From Syntrophorhabdaceae bacterium (lineage in GTDB: Bacteria > Desulfobacterota > Syntrophorhabdia > Syntrophorhabdales > Syntrophorhabdaceae), in contig OY762209.1 in the NCBI GenBank assembly GCA_963665295.1, forward strand, positions 4,864,001 to 4,928,000: a stretch of 64,000 nucleotides of DNA, given 5' to 3'. The translations under genes and the position numbers were made by a program. Positions 1 to 9,029 of the stretch are shown here, in pieces. Position 1 is the stretch's first letter, and every line of letters begins with the position of its first letter. The notes beneath the pieces are model-generated. The model saw nothing but the letters and a program-made list of their open reading frames with translations, was not told the origin of the DNA and did no database searches.

Positions 1-1
1 G

Positions 2-289
2 ATGATTCATAACCCGGTCTATACCGGTATAGGACCGTTTCCCCGTCTTATCGATGATGAACTGTGGATAAAGTGCATGGCCCGGAGCGTGAAGCACAAC
101 GGACCTGAAAGGGCTTACCTGAAGATGACGGAGGCTGTGGAAAAGTCCTTCGGCATCAGTGCCATAGCTGAGATGCGTGCCCGGGAGAGCCTTTCCAGGC
201 TTAAGAAAGAAATCGCCCAAGTGGGACCGGAACAATTTTTCGCGAAACTGCTCCGGAACCTCAGAAAACACCTGGCGCCCCTTTCGTAG
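2..289 (+). CDS. hypothetical protein (possibly 5'-truncated by window edge)
   Basis: 95-aa ORF at the window start with protein-like composition; no recognised motif. Confidence 0.5.
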   Translation: MIHNPVYTGIGPFPRLIDDELWIKCMARSVKHNGPERAYLKMTEAVEKSFGISAIAEMRARESLSRLKKEIAQVGPEQFFAKLLRNLRKHLAPLS

Positions 290-571
290 CCGGACCCGCC
301 ACGCGCCCCGCTCACGCCGGTAAGGAGCGGGCGCGCCACCGACTGCCGGGTATCGGGGAGGGCAGAACCTTGTCCATCCCGTTGACACGCACCCGGGACC
401 TGTTCAGTCGCCCGGTTCGCACTTCCGCTTCCTTCAGGCACTTTCCCGCAGCAATATTGTTCAGTTCCTTCCGTCCCTTCAGGACACGAGAAACCATGTC
501 ATTTCGAGGCTGTGTTTTCCATGAATTCCCACAGGCAGTCATGGAAGTAACGAATTTTGTTCGCGCCGTAA

Positions 572-600
572 TTGACACCTGTCGCCCGGCGTGTTATTTT
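572..600 (+). promoter_or_regulatory. sigma70 promoter of first TetR gene
   Basis: TTGACA (572-577), 17 bp spacer, TG-n-TATTTT (595-600). Confidence 0.55.
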
Positions 601-617
601 AAAAGTTCCTTTTCTTA

Positions 618-637
618 ACCGGAAACCGTTTTCCGGT
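618..637 (+). promoter_or_regulatory. inverted repeat, candidate TetR operator
   Basis: ACCGGAAA-ccgt-TTTCCGGT just downstream of the predicted promoter. Confidence 0.4.
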
Positions 638-710
638 GAGCCCGTCCGGTGGGCCCAGCCTGCGGCACGGGTTCACCGGTGTCTTACGGACCAACACTGC
701 GAGGAGCCCT

Positions 711-1328
711 ATGAAAAACGACAGGCAGGCGGGGAGCAAGAGGATTCAGAGCATTATGAAGGCCGGCGCTGAATTGTTCAGCACCAAGGGATTCGTGGAA
801 ACGAGCATGGATGAGGTGGCCGCCGCCGCAAAGATCAGCAAAGGCGGCATGTACCATTACTTTTCGAGCAAGAATGAACTCCTCGACGCCATCCTGGTCA
901 ATTTTATAGATATGGTCCTTGCGGACCTGGAAGAACTCGACAGGATCGCGGACCCCCTTGGAAAACTGACGAGGCTCGTCAGCCGCCATGTGGAGATATA
1001 CACGAAGCATCCCTATGCAGCGAAAACCCTGATCGATGAGGCCCATTGCCTTCCTGCCAGATCCCGTAAGAAGATCGTGGTGAAAGAAAAGGAGTATTTC
1101 CGCGCCGTGGCAGGGGTAGTGTCCGAGTATCTCGGCCCCTGTGTCGAAAAGAGTGAGGTTACCGCCATAACCTTCAGTCTCCTGGGAATGTGCAACTGGA
1201 TCTATTCCTGGTATAACCCCAAGGGCCCCATCGATCCTTCAAGACTGTCGGAGATCATACTCAGCATATTCAGCAATGGTGTTTGTGGCCTGCAGAAGAC
1301 CTTGAGCGAGCGTAACCCGCAGAACTGA
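711..1328 (+). CDS. TetR/AcrR family regulator (KstR2/AibR-like)
   Basis: N-terminal HTH (ELFSTKGFVETSMDEVAAAAKISKGGMYHYFSSK), C-terminal MCNWIYSWYNPKG; GAGGAG SD before ATG 711. Confidence 0.9.
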   Translation: MKNDRQAGSKRIQSIMKAGAELFSTKGFVETSMDEVAAAAKISKGGMYHYFSSKNELLDAILVNFIDMVLADLEELDRIADPLGKLTRLVSRHVEIYTKHPYAAKTLIDEAHCLPARSRKKIVVKEKEYFRAVAGVVSEYLGPCVEKSEVTAITFSLLGMCNWIYSWYNPKGPIDPSRLSEIILSIFSNGVCGLQKTLSERNPQN

Positions 1329-1586
1329 CAGCCCTTTCGCGCCGCCCCGTCCTGCGACGGCGCGCCCACTCCCGAAGATGCCTCATCCTCGTCTGCAGAC
1401 GCGCCGGGCGTCTCTCATCACCCATGCGCCTCGACTCCGGTACGGCACTGCCTCCCCCCCCGGTTACCCTATCTTGGGTCAAGAGAGCCTCTCACAACGG
1501 ATAAGACCCGGCCTCTCCCTGGACCGTAAAACCCCCAATCATATCAAGTATTCCAATACCTATTTTTTTGCTTGCCATTTTTTTCC

Positions 1587-1634
1587 TTGACATCTAACCA
1601 GTTACATCATAAAACATACTTACCAGTAGGAATG
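1587..1634 (+). promoter_or_regulatory. sigma70 promoter and overlapping imperfect palindrome (candidate operator) of the mutase operon
   Basis: TTGACA (1587-1592)-17bp-TAAAAC; CATACTTACCAGTAGGAATG (1615-1634) is palindromic at 14 of 20 positions. Confidence 0.55.
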
Positions 1635-1655
1635 CTACTGACTGGAGGGAATGTC

Positions 1656-2318
1656 ATGGCGAGGCCCAGGAAAGGTCTTACGATTGATGAAGCAGATCCC
1701 AGACAAATGAAAAAGATCGGTCTGATCGCCAAGATCGGCGCCGAGCTTTTCAGTTCCAGGGGATACCTTGAAACAAGTATGGACGACATCGCTGCTGCCG
1801 CGAAGGTCACCAAGGGGGGCGTATACCACTACTTCGGCAGTAAAACCGACATCCTCTACTACATCTGCTCCAAGTACGTGGAGTTCGACATCGAAAACCT
1901 GGAGCAGTCCCTGAGCGCGATCCAAAACCCCCTGGAAAAGATCAAATTTATCATCTCCCGTCATATCGATCACTATAGCACCCATGCCGCCGCGGCAAAG
2001 ACGCTGCTCAACGAGGCCTACAACCTCCCCCCAAGGTACCGGAAGGAAGTGAAGGCAAGGGAGGCCCAGTACGTCAACATAATGACCCGTACCCTGTCGG
2101 AGTATCTCGGGCCCGAGACCCGCAAGGAAGTCATAACGGCCCTCGTGTTCACCCTCTTCGGCATGATGAACTGGATCTATTCCTGGTATGACCCGAAGGG
2201 GGCCATGAAGCCGGCTGAATTATCGGGTTTGATCTACGAAGTTTTTACAAAGGGGATTACGGACCCCACGTTTACTGCGGGAGGATTCGGGGCGATCATC
2301 GCCCGCCCTGTCTCATGA
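1656..2318 (+). CDS. TetR/AcrR family regulator (KstR2/AibR-like), paralog of 711..1328
   Basis: HTH GYLETSMDDIAAAAKVTKGGVYHYFGSK; MNWIYSWYDPKG; GGAGGG SD. Confidence 0.9.
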   Translation: MARPRKGLTIDEADPRQMKKIGLIAKIGAELFSSRGYLETSMDDIAAAAKVTKGGVYHYFGSKTDILYYICSKYVEFDIENLEQSLSAIQNPLEKIKFIISRHIDHYSTHAAAAKTLLNEAYNLPPRYRKEVKAREAQYVNIMTRTLSEYLGPETRKEVITALVFTLFGMMNWIYSWYDPKGAMKPAELSGLIYEVFTKGITDPTFTAGGFGAIIARPVS

Positions 2319-2356
2319 CCCCCGGAATATGCGTTTCGACGCAAGGACTTTGACCC

Positions 2357-3325
2357 ATGAAGCCAGACCTGGACACGCTTTTTGAAGGACTCGAAAAAGG
2401 AGACAAAAGGAGTGCGGGCAGAATACTCACCCTCCTCGAAGACAGGGGGCCGGAAAGCACGGAACTCCTCAGGAGACTCTACGCCTCGGAGCGAAGGTCT
2501 CTGGTCGCGGGCGTGACAGGCTGGCCCGGCGTAGGAAAGAGCTCCCTTATTACCCGCATGGCCAGGGTGTATCTCGACCAGGGCAAGCGGGTGGGCATTG
2601 TCGCCGTGGACCCCACAAGTCCCTTCTCCGGGGGTGGCATTCTGGGAGACCGCATACGTTTCAGGGACATCGACGGGAGAGAGAACCTCTTCATCCGCTC
2701 GGTGGCAACCCGGGGCCACCACGGTGGTCTTTCGAGGTCGGCACGGTCCTTCGTAAAGGTCATGGAGGCCATGGGCTGTGACGTGGTGCTCCTGGAGACA
2801 GTGGGCGTAGGACAGGATCAGGTGAATATAAGCCTCATTGCGGACACTACCGTGGTGGTGGTCGCTCCCGGATTGGGAGATTTCCTTCAGGCCATGAAAT
2901 CGGGTGTCCTTGAGGCAGGAGATATTTTCGTCGTGAACAAAGCCGACCGTCCGGACGCGGACAAGGCGATCCAATACCTGGAATCCGCCATAAGGATGAG
3001 GGAAAGGGCGGGCTGGCGCCCTCCTGTGGTGAAGACCGTGGCTGCCGATGGAAGCGGGGTCGATACCCTCGTAAGGGAGATCGGGAATCATGCTGCCCAC
3101 TGCTCCCTTGAAACCGGCGAGGTATCCCTCAAACTGAGGGCCGCACGGGACGAAATCAAGGAAGCGTTAAAGACGCGGCTTCTCGAATATCTTTTCGGGG
3201 GCGACGCTTTGGAAGACTCTCCTGTCAGCCGGTACGCCCGGCAGGTCTGTGAGAGAAGGGCCGATCCCTATCTGCTTGCCGACGCGATACTGGCGGAGAA
3301 AGGTATTACCCAAGACATTTCGTAA
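2357..3325 (+). CDS. meaB: MeaB/ArgK GTPase chaperone of B12-dependent mutase
   Basis: GVTGWPGVGKSS, AVDPTSPFSGGGILGDRIR, ETVGVGQ, NKAD motifs. Confidence 0.93.
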   Translation: MKPDLDTLFEGLEKGDKRSAGRILTLLEDRGPESTELLRRLYASERRSLVAGVTGWPGVGKSSLITRMARVYLDQGKRVGIVAVDPTSPFSGGGILGDRIRFRDIDGRENLFIRSVATRGHHGGLSRSARSFVKVMEAMGCDVVLLETVGVGQDQVNISLIADTTVVVVAPGLGDFLQAMKSGVLEAGDIFVVNKADRPDADKAIQYLESAIRMRERAGWRPPVVKTVAADGSGVDTLVREIGNHAAHCSLETGEVSLKLRAARDEIKEALKTRLLEYLFGGDALEDSPVSRYARQVCERRADPYLLADAILAEKGITQDIS

Positions 3326-3339
3326 ATCTGGAGGGAGCA

Positions 3340-4971
3340 ATGGCAAAGAACCCAAAAATCAACTTCGATCATACCACGGGGGAGAAGCTTCCCCATTTCC
3401 GGTCCCTTTCGGGCATCGAGTACAAAAGGATATACGACCGCAACGATTGGGACGATACCCTCCCCGACGCCGGTGAATACCCCTTCACAAGGGGCATTCA
3501 CAAGGACATGTACCGGGGAAGGCTTTGGACCCGCAGGCAGCAGAGCGGCTTCGGCTCTCCCGAGGAAAGCAACGAACTCCTGAAATTCCTGTTAAAAGTA
3601 GGCCAGACGGGCATCAACATAGACTCCGACATAGCGGGCAAGATCGGGGTGGACCCCGACTATCCGCTGGGTCAGGCAGACGTCGGGCTTCAGGGAACTT
3701 CCATGTGCACCTACGAGGACATGGCCGCCCTTTTTAAGGATATCCCCCTCGACCGTATCAGCTCGACTCTCATCTTTCCTCCTCCCGCATCGGTGGTAAT
3801 GATGGGTCAGTACATGATGATGGCAAAGGAGCAGGGCATACCGCAGGAAAACCTCATCGGCACTATGATGAACTGCCCCTTTACCCAGCTTGTGGGCCCC
3901 ACGTTCCAGGCCAACACCGATTTCTTCCCCATCGACCTCGCCCTCAAGATTGGACTCGACCTTATCGAATACCTGGTGCCCCGCTGTCCCAAGTGGAACA
4001 TCCTCAACGTCAACTCAAGGAACATCAGGGAAAGTGGTGTGGACGCAGTTCAGGAGGCGGCCTTTTCCCTGGCCCTCGGCGTGGACTACGTGGACAGGCT
4101 GTGCAAACGGGGCGTGGCTGTAGATACCTTCGCCCGGAGGATCGGCTTCTTCTCCGCCGTGCACCTCGATATCTTCGAGGAAGTGGCAAAATTCAGGGCC
4201 ATGCGGCGCATATGGGCGCGACAACTCAAGGAGCGCTTCGGCGCACAAGACGAAAGGAGCATGTGGTTCCGCTGCGCCGTGCAGACATCTTCTCTCACCC
4301 TTACCGCCCAGGAGCCCATGAACAATATCGTAAGGGCCGCGGTCCAGACGCTCACCGCCGTACTCGCGGGGGTCCAGTCCGTGCACACCACTTCCTATGA
4401 CGAGGCCTACTGCCTGCCGTCTGAGGAGACCCACAAGCTCGCCATCCGCACGCAACAGATCATCGCCTACGAAACCGGGGCCACAAAGTCGGCGGACCCC
4501 CTCGGAGGCTCCTATCTTGTGGAGAAGATGACGGACGAGATGGAAGAACGCATCTGGGAGATGATGAAAGTTATCGAAGGCCGGGGCGGATTCATCGAGT
4601 GTTTCAAGGAAGGGTGGGTCGAAAACGAGCTCAATCAGGCGCGGTACAAACTGGCGGACCAGATGGAGACAGGGGAACTGCCTATCCTCGGAATGAACCT
4701 CTTCAGGGAAGAGGATACGGCTCCCGATATCGACATTTTCAAACAGGCGCCCGATATGCAGGCCAGGCGCATCGAGTATGCGCGGAACTACAAAAGAGGC
4801 CATAGCCAGGGCCCCGTGCGCCGGGCTCTCGACAACCTGAGAGAAAGGACCGGGAAGCACCCGGACGAGGACCTCGTGCCGCCCATACTGGAGGCCGTGG
4901 AAACCAGGGCCACTTTACAGGAGATATGCGATGCAATGAGGGAAGCGACAAATTTTTCCATTCCCCGGTAG
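3340..4971 (+). CDS. B12-dependent acyl-CoA mutase, substrate-binding (large) subunit, non-canonical specificity
   Basis: GEYPFTRG, MYRGRLWT, FEEVAKFRAMRRIW, QSVHTTSYDEA, DPLGGSY motifs of the methylmalonyl-CoA mutase family. Confidence 0.93.
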   Translation: MAKNPKINFDHTTGEKLPHFRSLSGIEYKRIYDRNDWDDTLPDAGEYPFTRGIHKDMYRGRLWTRRQQSGFGSPEESNELLKFLLKVGQTGINIDSDIAGKIGVDPDYPLGQADVGLQGTSMCTYEDMAALFKDIPLDRISSTLIFPPPASVVMMGQYMMMAKEQGIPQENLIGTMMNCPFTQLVGPTFQANTDFFPIDLALKIGLDLIEYLVPRCPKWNILNVNSRNIRESGVDAVQEAAFSLALGVDYVDRLCKRGVAVDTFARRIGFFSAVHLDIFEEVAKFRAMRRIWARQLKERFGAQDERSMWFRCAVQTSSLTLTAQEPMNNIVRAAVQTLTAVLAGVQSVHTTSYDEAYCLPSEETHKLAIRTQQIIAYETGATKSADPLGGSYLVEKMTDEMEERIWEMMKVIEGRGGFIECFKEGWVENELNQARYKLADQMETGELPILGMNLFREEDTAPDIDIFKQAPDMQARRIEYARNYKRGHSQGPVRRALDNLRERTGKHPDEDLVPPILEAVETRATLQEICDAMREATNFSIPR

Positions 4972-5090
4972 GGCCTGAAGAAGCGCCCGTGCGGTGATCC
5001 ACGGTGGGGTCCGCGCGGGCGGGGGAATGGCTGCCCGGAAGCATAAACCCGGGTGGGTTGTGTTGCCCAATACGAGAAGAGGAGCAGACA

Positions 5091-5501
5091 ATGCCCGGAA
5101 GAAAACGAATCATTATGGCAAAGATGGGGCTCGACGCCCACGACAACGGTCTCAGGATCGTTTCGAAATGGCTTGCGGACGCAGGATACGAAGTGATCTA
5201 TGCGGGAGTATACAATTCCGCGGAAAGAATCCTGCAGATGACCCTGGAAGAGAACGCGGACGCCCTGGGTCTCAGCTTTCTCGGAGGTGAACATCTCCAC
5301 TATTCGAAAAAGGTCCGCGAACTGCTGAAGGAGAACGGCCTCGAGAATGTAAAGATCTTTGCAGGCGGAATTATCCCTCCCGCCGACGTAGTCGCCCTGA
5401 AAGGCTTGGGCGTGGATGCGGTTTTTACGCCCGGGACTCCGAGGGCTCAGATACTCGACGCCATAGCCCGGTGCCTGGGGGTCGAAGAGGACAATACATG
5501 A
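5091..5501 (+). CDS. acyl-CoA mutase cobalamin-binding (small) subunit
   Basis: AKMGLDAHDNG (DxHxxG), GLSFLGGEH, GGIIP, FTPGT. Confidence 0.93.
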   Translation: MPGRKRIIMAKMGLDAHDNGLRIVSKWLADAGYEVIYAGVYNSAERILQMTLEENADALGLSFLGGEHLHYSKKVRELLKENGLENVKIFAGGIIPPADVVALKGLGVDAVFTPGTPRAQILDAIARCLGVEEDNT

Positions 5502-6856
5502 AAACAGAGGAAGGGCTCGTCGATTTTATCACCCGCACCCGTATCGGGGATATCCCCGAGGGAGCGAGGAAGACGGTCAAGAACCAGTTGCTCACCATAG
5601 CCGGCACCACGCTCGCGGGCGCCGCAGAGGACGGCTGCGAAGAAACGGTCCGGTTCTACCATGAAATGGGCGGCAAAGAAGAAGCGACCATACTTGTCCA
5701 CGGGGGAAGAATTCCCGCTCACGACGCAGCTTTCGTGAACGCCGTGATGGCCCGCTCCCTGGATCTCTGCGACTCCATCGCACCCGGTCCCCACATCGGG
5801 GCCGCCCTGATTACCGGGTCTCTCGCGGCGGCGGAGATGATAGGGGGCATGACGGGACGGGACTTCTTCGAGGGAATTATCGTGGGCAACGAGGTAGCGG
5901 CGAGAATGAATCTCACCGAAGAAGCCTATAACGGGTTCGACCCCACGGGGATATGCGTGATCTTCGGCGTAGCCGCCTCAGTCTCAAAAATACTCCACCT
6001 CAGCCCCTCCCAGACATGGAACGCCCTTGCTCTCGCCTTCAACCGGTGCGGCGGGAGTTTTCAAAGCCATATCGACGGGTCTCTCGGGGTCCGCTTCGTT
6101 CAGGGATGGGTTGCTCAGGGAGGAGTCCTCTGCGCCCGCCTCGCCTCAAAGGGGATCACGGGACCCAGGAACTTCCTCGATGGGATTTACGGGTATCTCC
6201 ATCTTTACGGTAAGGACCTCATTACGGGCGACCGCATCACGGCAGGTCTCGGCGAGCGTTATGTACTCGAAAACATGGTGTACAAAAAATATCCGAGCTG
6301 CGCCCTCACCCAGGGCCCGACGGACGAGATACTGAAGGTAATGGCCGAGCAGGGGCTATCCCCCCACGACATTGACCGCGTCTTTGTCACGGTGCCCCCC
6401 TACACCCACAAACTCGTGGGCCACGAGTTCGAAATAGGGGACAACCCGAGGGTCAACGCCCAGTTCAACATCCGGTACTGTGTGGCCAACGCGTTGACGA
6501 GGGGGGCCGCGAGGCTCGAACATTTCGAGGAACGGTTCATACGGCAGGGGGAGACCGCGGAGCTTGCGAAGCGCATCACTGTTATCCCCAACAAGACCCT
6601 GGAGGAGCGGGGGCACACGCCCATGGACATGCGGGTAGTGACCCTGGACGGCCACGAGTTTCTGAAATCAATAGATATCGGCCCGGGCTTTCCCGGTAAT
6701 CCCCTCACTCCGAAGGACCACGAAAGACGCTTCAGGGACTGTCTCGCCTTTGCGAAGAGACCGGTAAGTGAAGAAAAGGCGGCGGGGATCGTCTCCCTGG
6801 TGGAACACATCGAAGAGGTTCAGGACATAAGGACATTTGTCGAATTGCTGACATAA
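5498..6856 (+). CDS. MmgE/PrpD family protein
   Basis: AAFVNAVMARSLDLCD..H, KKYPSC, AQFNIRY, GFPGNPL motifs; ATGA overlap with upstream gene. Confidence 0.88.
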   Translation: MKTEEGLVDFITRTRIGDIPEGARKTVKNQLLTIAGTTLAGAAEDGCEETVRFYHEMGGKEEATILVHGGRIPAHDAAFVNAVMARSLDLCDSIAPGPHIGAALITGSLAAAEMIGGMTGRDFFEGIIVGNEVAARMNLTEEAYNGFDPTGICVIFGVAASVSKILHLSPSQTWNALALAFNRCGGSFQSHIDGSLGVRFVQGWVAQGGVLCARLASKGITGPRNFLDGIYGYLHLYGKDLITGDRITAGLGERYVLENMVYKKYPSCALTQGPTDEILKVMAEQGLSPHDIDRVFVTVPPYTHKLVGHEFEIGDNPRVNAQFNIRYCVANALTRGAARLEHFEERFIRQGETAELAKRITVIPNKTLEERGHTPMDMRVVTLDGHEFLKSIDIGPGFPGNPLTPKDHERRFRDCLAFAKRPVSEEKAAGIVSLVEHIEEVQDIRTFVELLT

Positions 6857-6876
6857 CGCATTTGGAGGGAAACATC

Positions 6877-8433
6877 ATGATGACCGTGATTGATTTGATT
6901 GCACGAAACGCAAGGATTTACCCGACGGCTACCGCCTTCGTGGAGGTCAAGCCGGTAAGCAAGGCCCGAAAGGAAATCACCTGGGCCGGTTTCTATGAGA
7001 GGATGAACAGGATCGCCAACGTACTCGACGCCAAAGGCATAAAGAAGGGCATGAAGGTAGCCCTCCTTGGAAGGAACTCCATCGACTGGCTTGAGGCTTT
7101 CTTCGGGATCATGGCCACCGGGGCTTGGGCGATACCGCTCAACTTCAGGTTCACCGACGATGATATCAAGTATTGCACGGGCATAGGAGAGCCCGGCTGT
7201 TTCATCTGCGACGATGAATTTGCCGAAAGGATCGCCGCTCTGAAACCGGAACTCCCTACAGTGCACACCCTTTTCTCCATAGGTGCCACATCACGGCCCG
7301 ACATAGATGCTCTCGAACCATTGATGGTGACTGTCCCTTCCGTTCCCGTCGACGTGGAGTTGAACGACGAGGATGAGTGCGCCCTCTATTTTACCTCCGG
7401 CACCACGGGCGCGCCCAAGGCGGTGCTCCACGCCCACCGGAGCCTCATGGTATCCGCCGTAACCGAAGCGACAAACCATGACTGGACCGCCGGTGACAGC
7501 CAGCTCATGATGCCGCCCCTGTACCACCTCGCCATCGGCCACCTCCTGGGCGGCCTCATTGCAGGCGGGTCGAACGTGCTCCTTACGGAACTCATCAAAC
7601 CGGATATCATACTCGACACCCTCGCAAAGGAGAAAGTAACCATCGTTTTCCTTCTCGTCCCGTGGGCCCTCGACATTGTGGGCGCCTTCGACAGGAAGGA
7701 ACTCGCGCCGAAGGGCTATGACCTGAGCAAACTCCGTCTCATGCACATGGGCGCTCAGCCCATACCTGTAAGCCTGATCCGGAAGTGGAAGTCCTACTTC
7801 CCGGACATGTCCTATGACACGAGCTACGGCCTGAGCGAGGGCGGAGGCCCGGGCATAACCCACGTGGGTACCCAGAACGAAAGTAAAGTGGGGGCCATAG
7901 GGAGGCCGAGTCTCATATGGGACGTCCGCGTAGCGAAAGAAGACGGAACGGACGTCGCTGTCGGCGAAGTGGGAGAGCTTGTAGTAAAAAGCAACGGCAA
8001 TATGAAGGGTTATTACAAGAACCCCGAGGGGACCGCCCAGATCATCCGTAAGGGCTGGATCCATACCGGCGACCTGGGGAGGATCGACGAGGACGGTTTC
8101 ATCTACATAGTCGACCGTAAGAAGGACCTCATTATCTGTGGGGGCGAAAATATCTTCCCCGTGGAGATCGAGGAAATCCTCGTAAGACACCCGAAGGTCC
8201 ACGACGTGGCGGTGATCGGCGCACCCGACGACAGACTGGGAGAAGCGATCGTGGCAGTGATCCAGGCCGCACCGGGCGAAAAGCCCACAGAGGCGGAAAT
8301 GGCCGCCTACTGCGAGGAGAACCTCCCACGGTATAAAAGGCCCCGGCGGTTCATATTCGATGAAGTACCGCGAAGCGCCACCGGTAAGATAGAAAAACCG
8401 AAGCTGAGGAAAAAGCATATCCCTCAGGGTTGA
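6877..8433 (+). CDS. AMP-forming acyl-CoA synthetase
   Basis: YFTSGTTGAPK, YGLSE, TGDLG, DRKKDLII.GGENIFP, PRSATGKI. Confidence 0.92.
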   Translation: MMTVIDLIARNARIYPTATAFVEVKPVSKARKEITWAGFYERMNRIANVLDAKGIKKGMKVALLGRNSIDWLEAFFGIMATGAWAIPLNFRFTDDDIKYCTGIGEPGCFICDDEFAERIAALKPELPTVHTLFSIGATSRPDIDALEPLMVTVPSVPVDVELNDEDECALYFTSGTTGAPKAVLHAHRSLMVSAVTEATNHDWTAGDSQLMMPPLYHLAIGHLLGGLIAGGSNVLLTELIKPDIILDTLAKEKVTIVFLLVPWALDIVGAFDRKELAPKGYDLSKLRLMHMGAQPIPVSLIRKWKSYFPDMSYDTSYGLSEGGGPGITHVGTQNESKVGAIGRPSLIWDVRVAKEDGTDVAVGEVGELVVKSNGNMKGYYKNPEGTAQIIRKGWIHTGDLGRIDEDGFIYIVDRKKDLIICGGENIFPVEIEEILVRHPKVHDVAVIGAPDDRLGEAIVAVIQAAPGEKPTEAEMAAYCEENLPRYKRPRRFIFDEVPRSATGKIEKPKLRKKHIPQG

Positions 8434-8543
8434 GGACGGAGGCGCCGGGACCCGTGTCAAAAGAAAGGAAATGCCACCACCCGCGGTCCCGGCGCTAAAG
8501 ACCCCCGCACCGGGGATTCCGATGGTCGGAGAGGAGAGTATTT

Positions 8544-9029
8544 ATGGAGAAGTTTCAGATAGTTGTCAGCCGATTGTGTAAATACATGGCGGTAGTAGCC
8601 GGGACGGCGCTCGTCCTGGTCATGCTCCTTACCGTGCTCGATGTCATTCTGAGGTATTTTGGGCATCCCATATTGGGGGTATACGACCTGGTGGCCCTTG
8701 GGGGCGCCATCGTCATCGGCTTCTCCCTCCCCTATGCCGCGGAAAGAAAGGTCCATGTCTTTATGGAAATGATCCAGCAAGCACAGGGCAAACGCTTGAA
8801 ACAGGTGCTCTTGGTGGTAACCCGTCTCATCGCCTTGCTCATAAGCATCATAGTTGCCTGGCACCTCGTACGACTCGGGCAGGGCTTCCGCGAGACGGGC
8901 GAGGCTTCTCTCACAGTCCAGATAGTCTACTACCCTATCGCCATAGGATTGGGGGTGTGTTTCCTGGGACAGGCACTCGTGTATTTCGTGCAAATCTTCA
9001 AGGGTGCTTCCGGAGGCGAAAATGAATGA
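8544..9029 (+). CDS. TRAP transporter small permease (DctQ)
   Basis: about 4 TM segments, DVILRY motif, adjacent to DctM. Confidence 0.88.
   Translation: MEKFQIVVSRLCKYMAVVAGTALVLVMLLTVLDVILRYFGHPILGVYDLVALGGAIVIGFSLPYAAERKVHVFMEMIQQAQGKRLKQVLLVVTRLIALLISIIVAWHLVRLGQGFRETGEASLTVQIVYYPIAIGLGVCFLGQALVYFVQIFKGASGGENE

Noticed and set aside
395..490. Short direct repeats TGTTCAGT and CCTTCAGG
   Set aside because: Only two copies with irregular spacing; not a CRISPR array or iterons
2234..8460. Long antisense ORFs (2234..3100, 4015..4860, 7291..8460; also 41047..42390, 46166..47605, 52037..53719)
   Set aside because: They are shadows of well-supported genes on the opposite strand, typical of GC-rich codon bias
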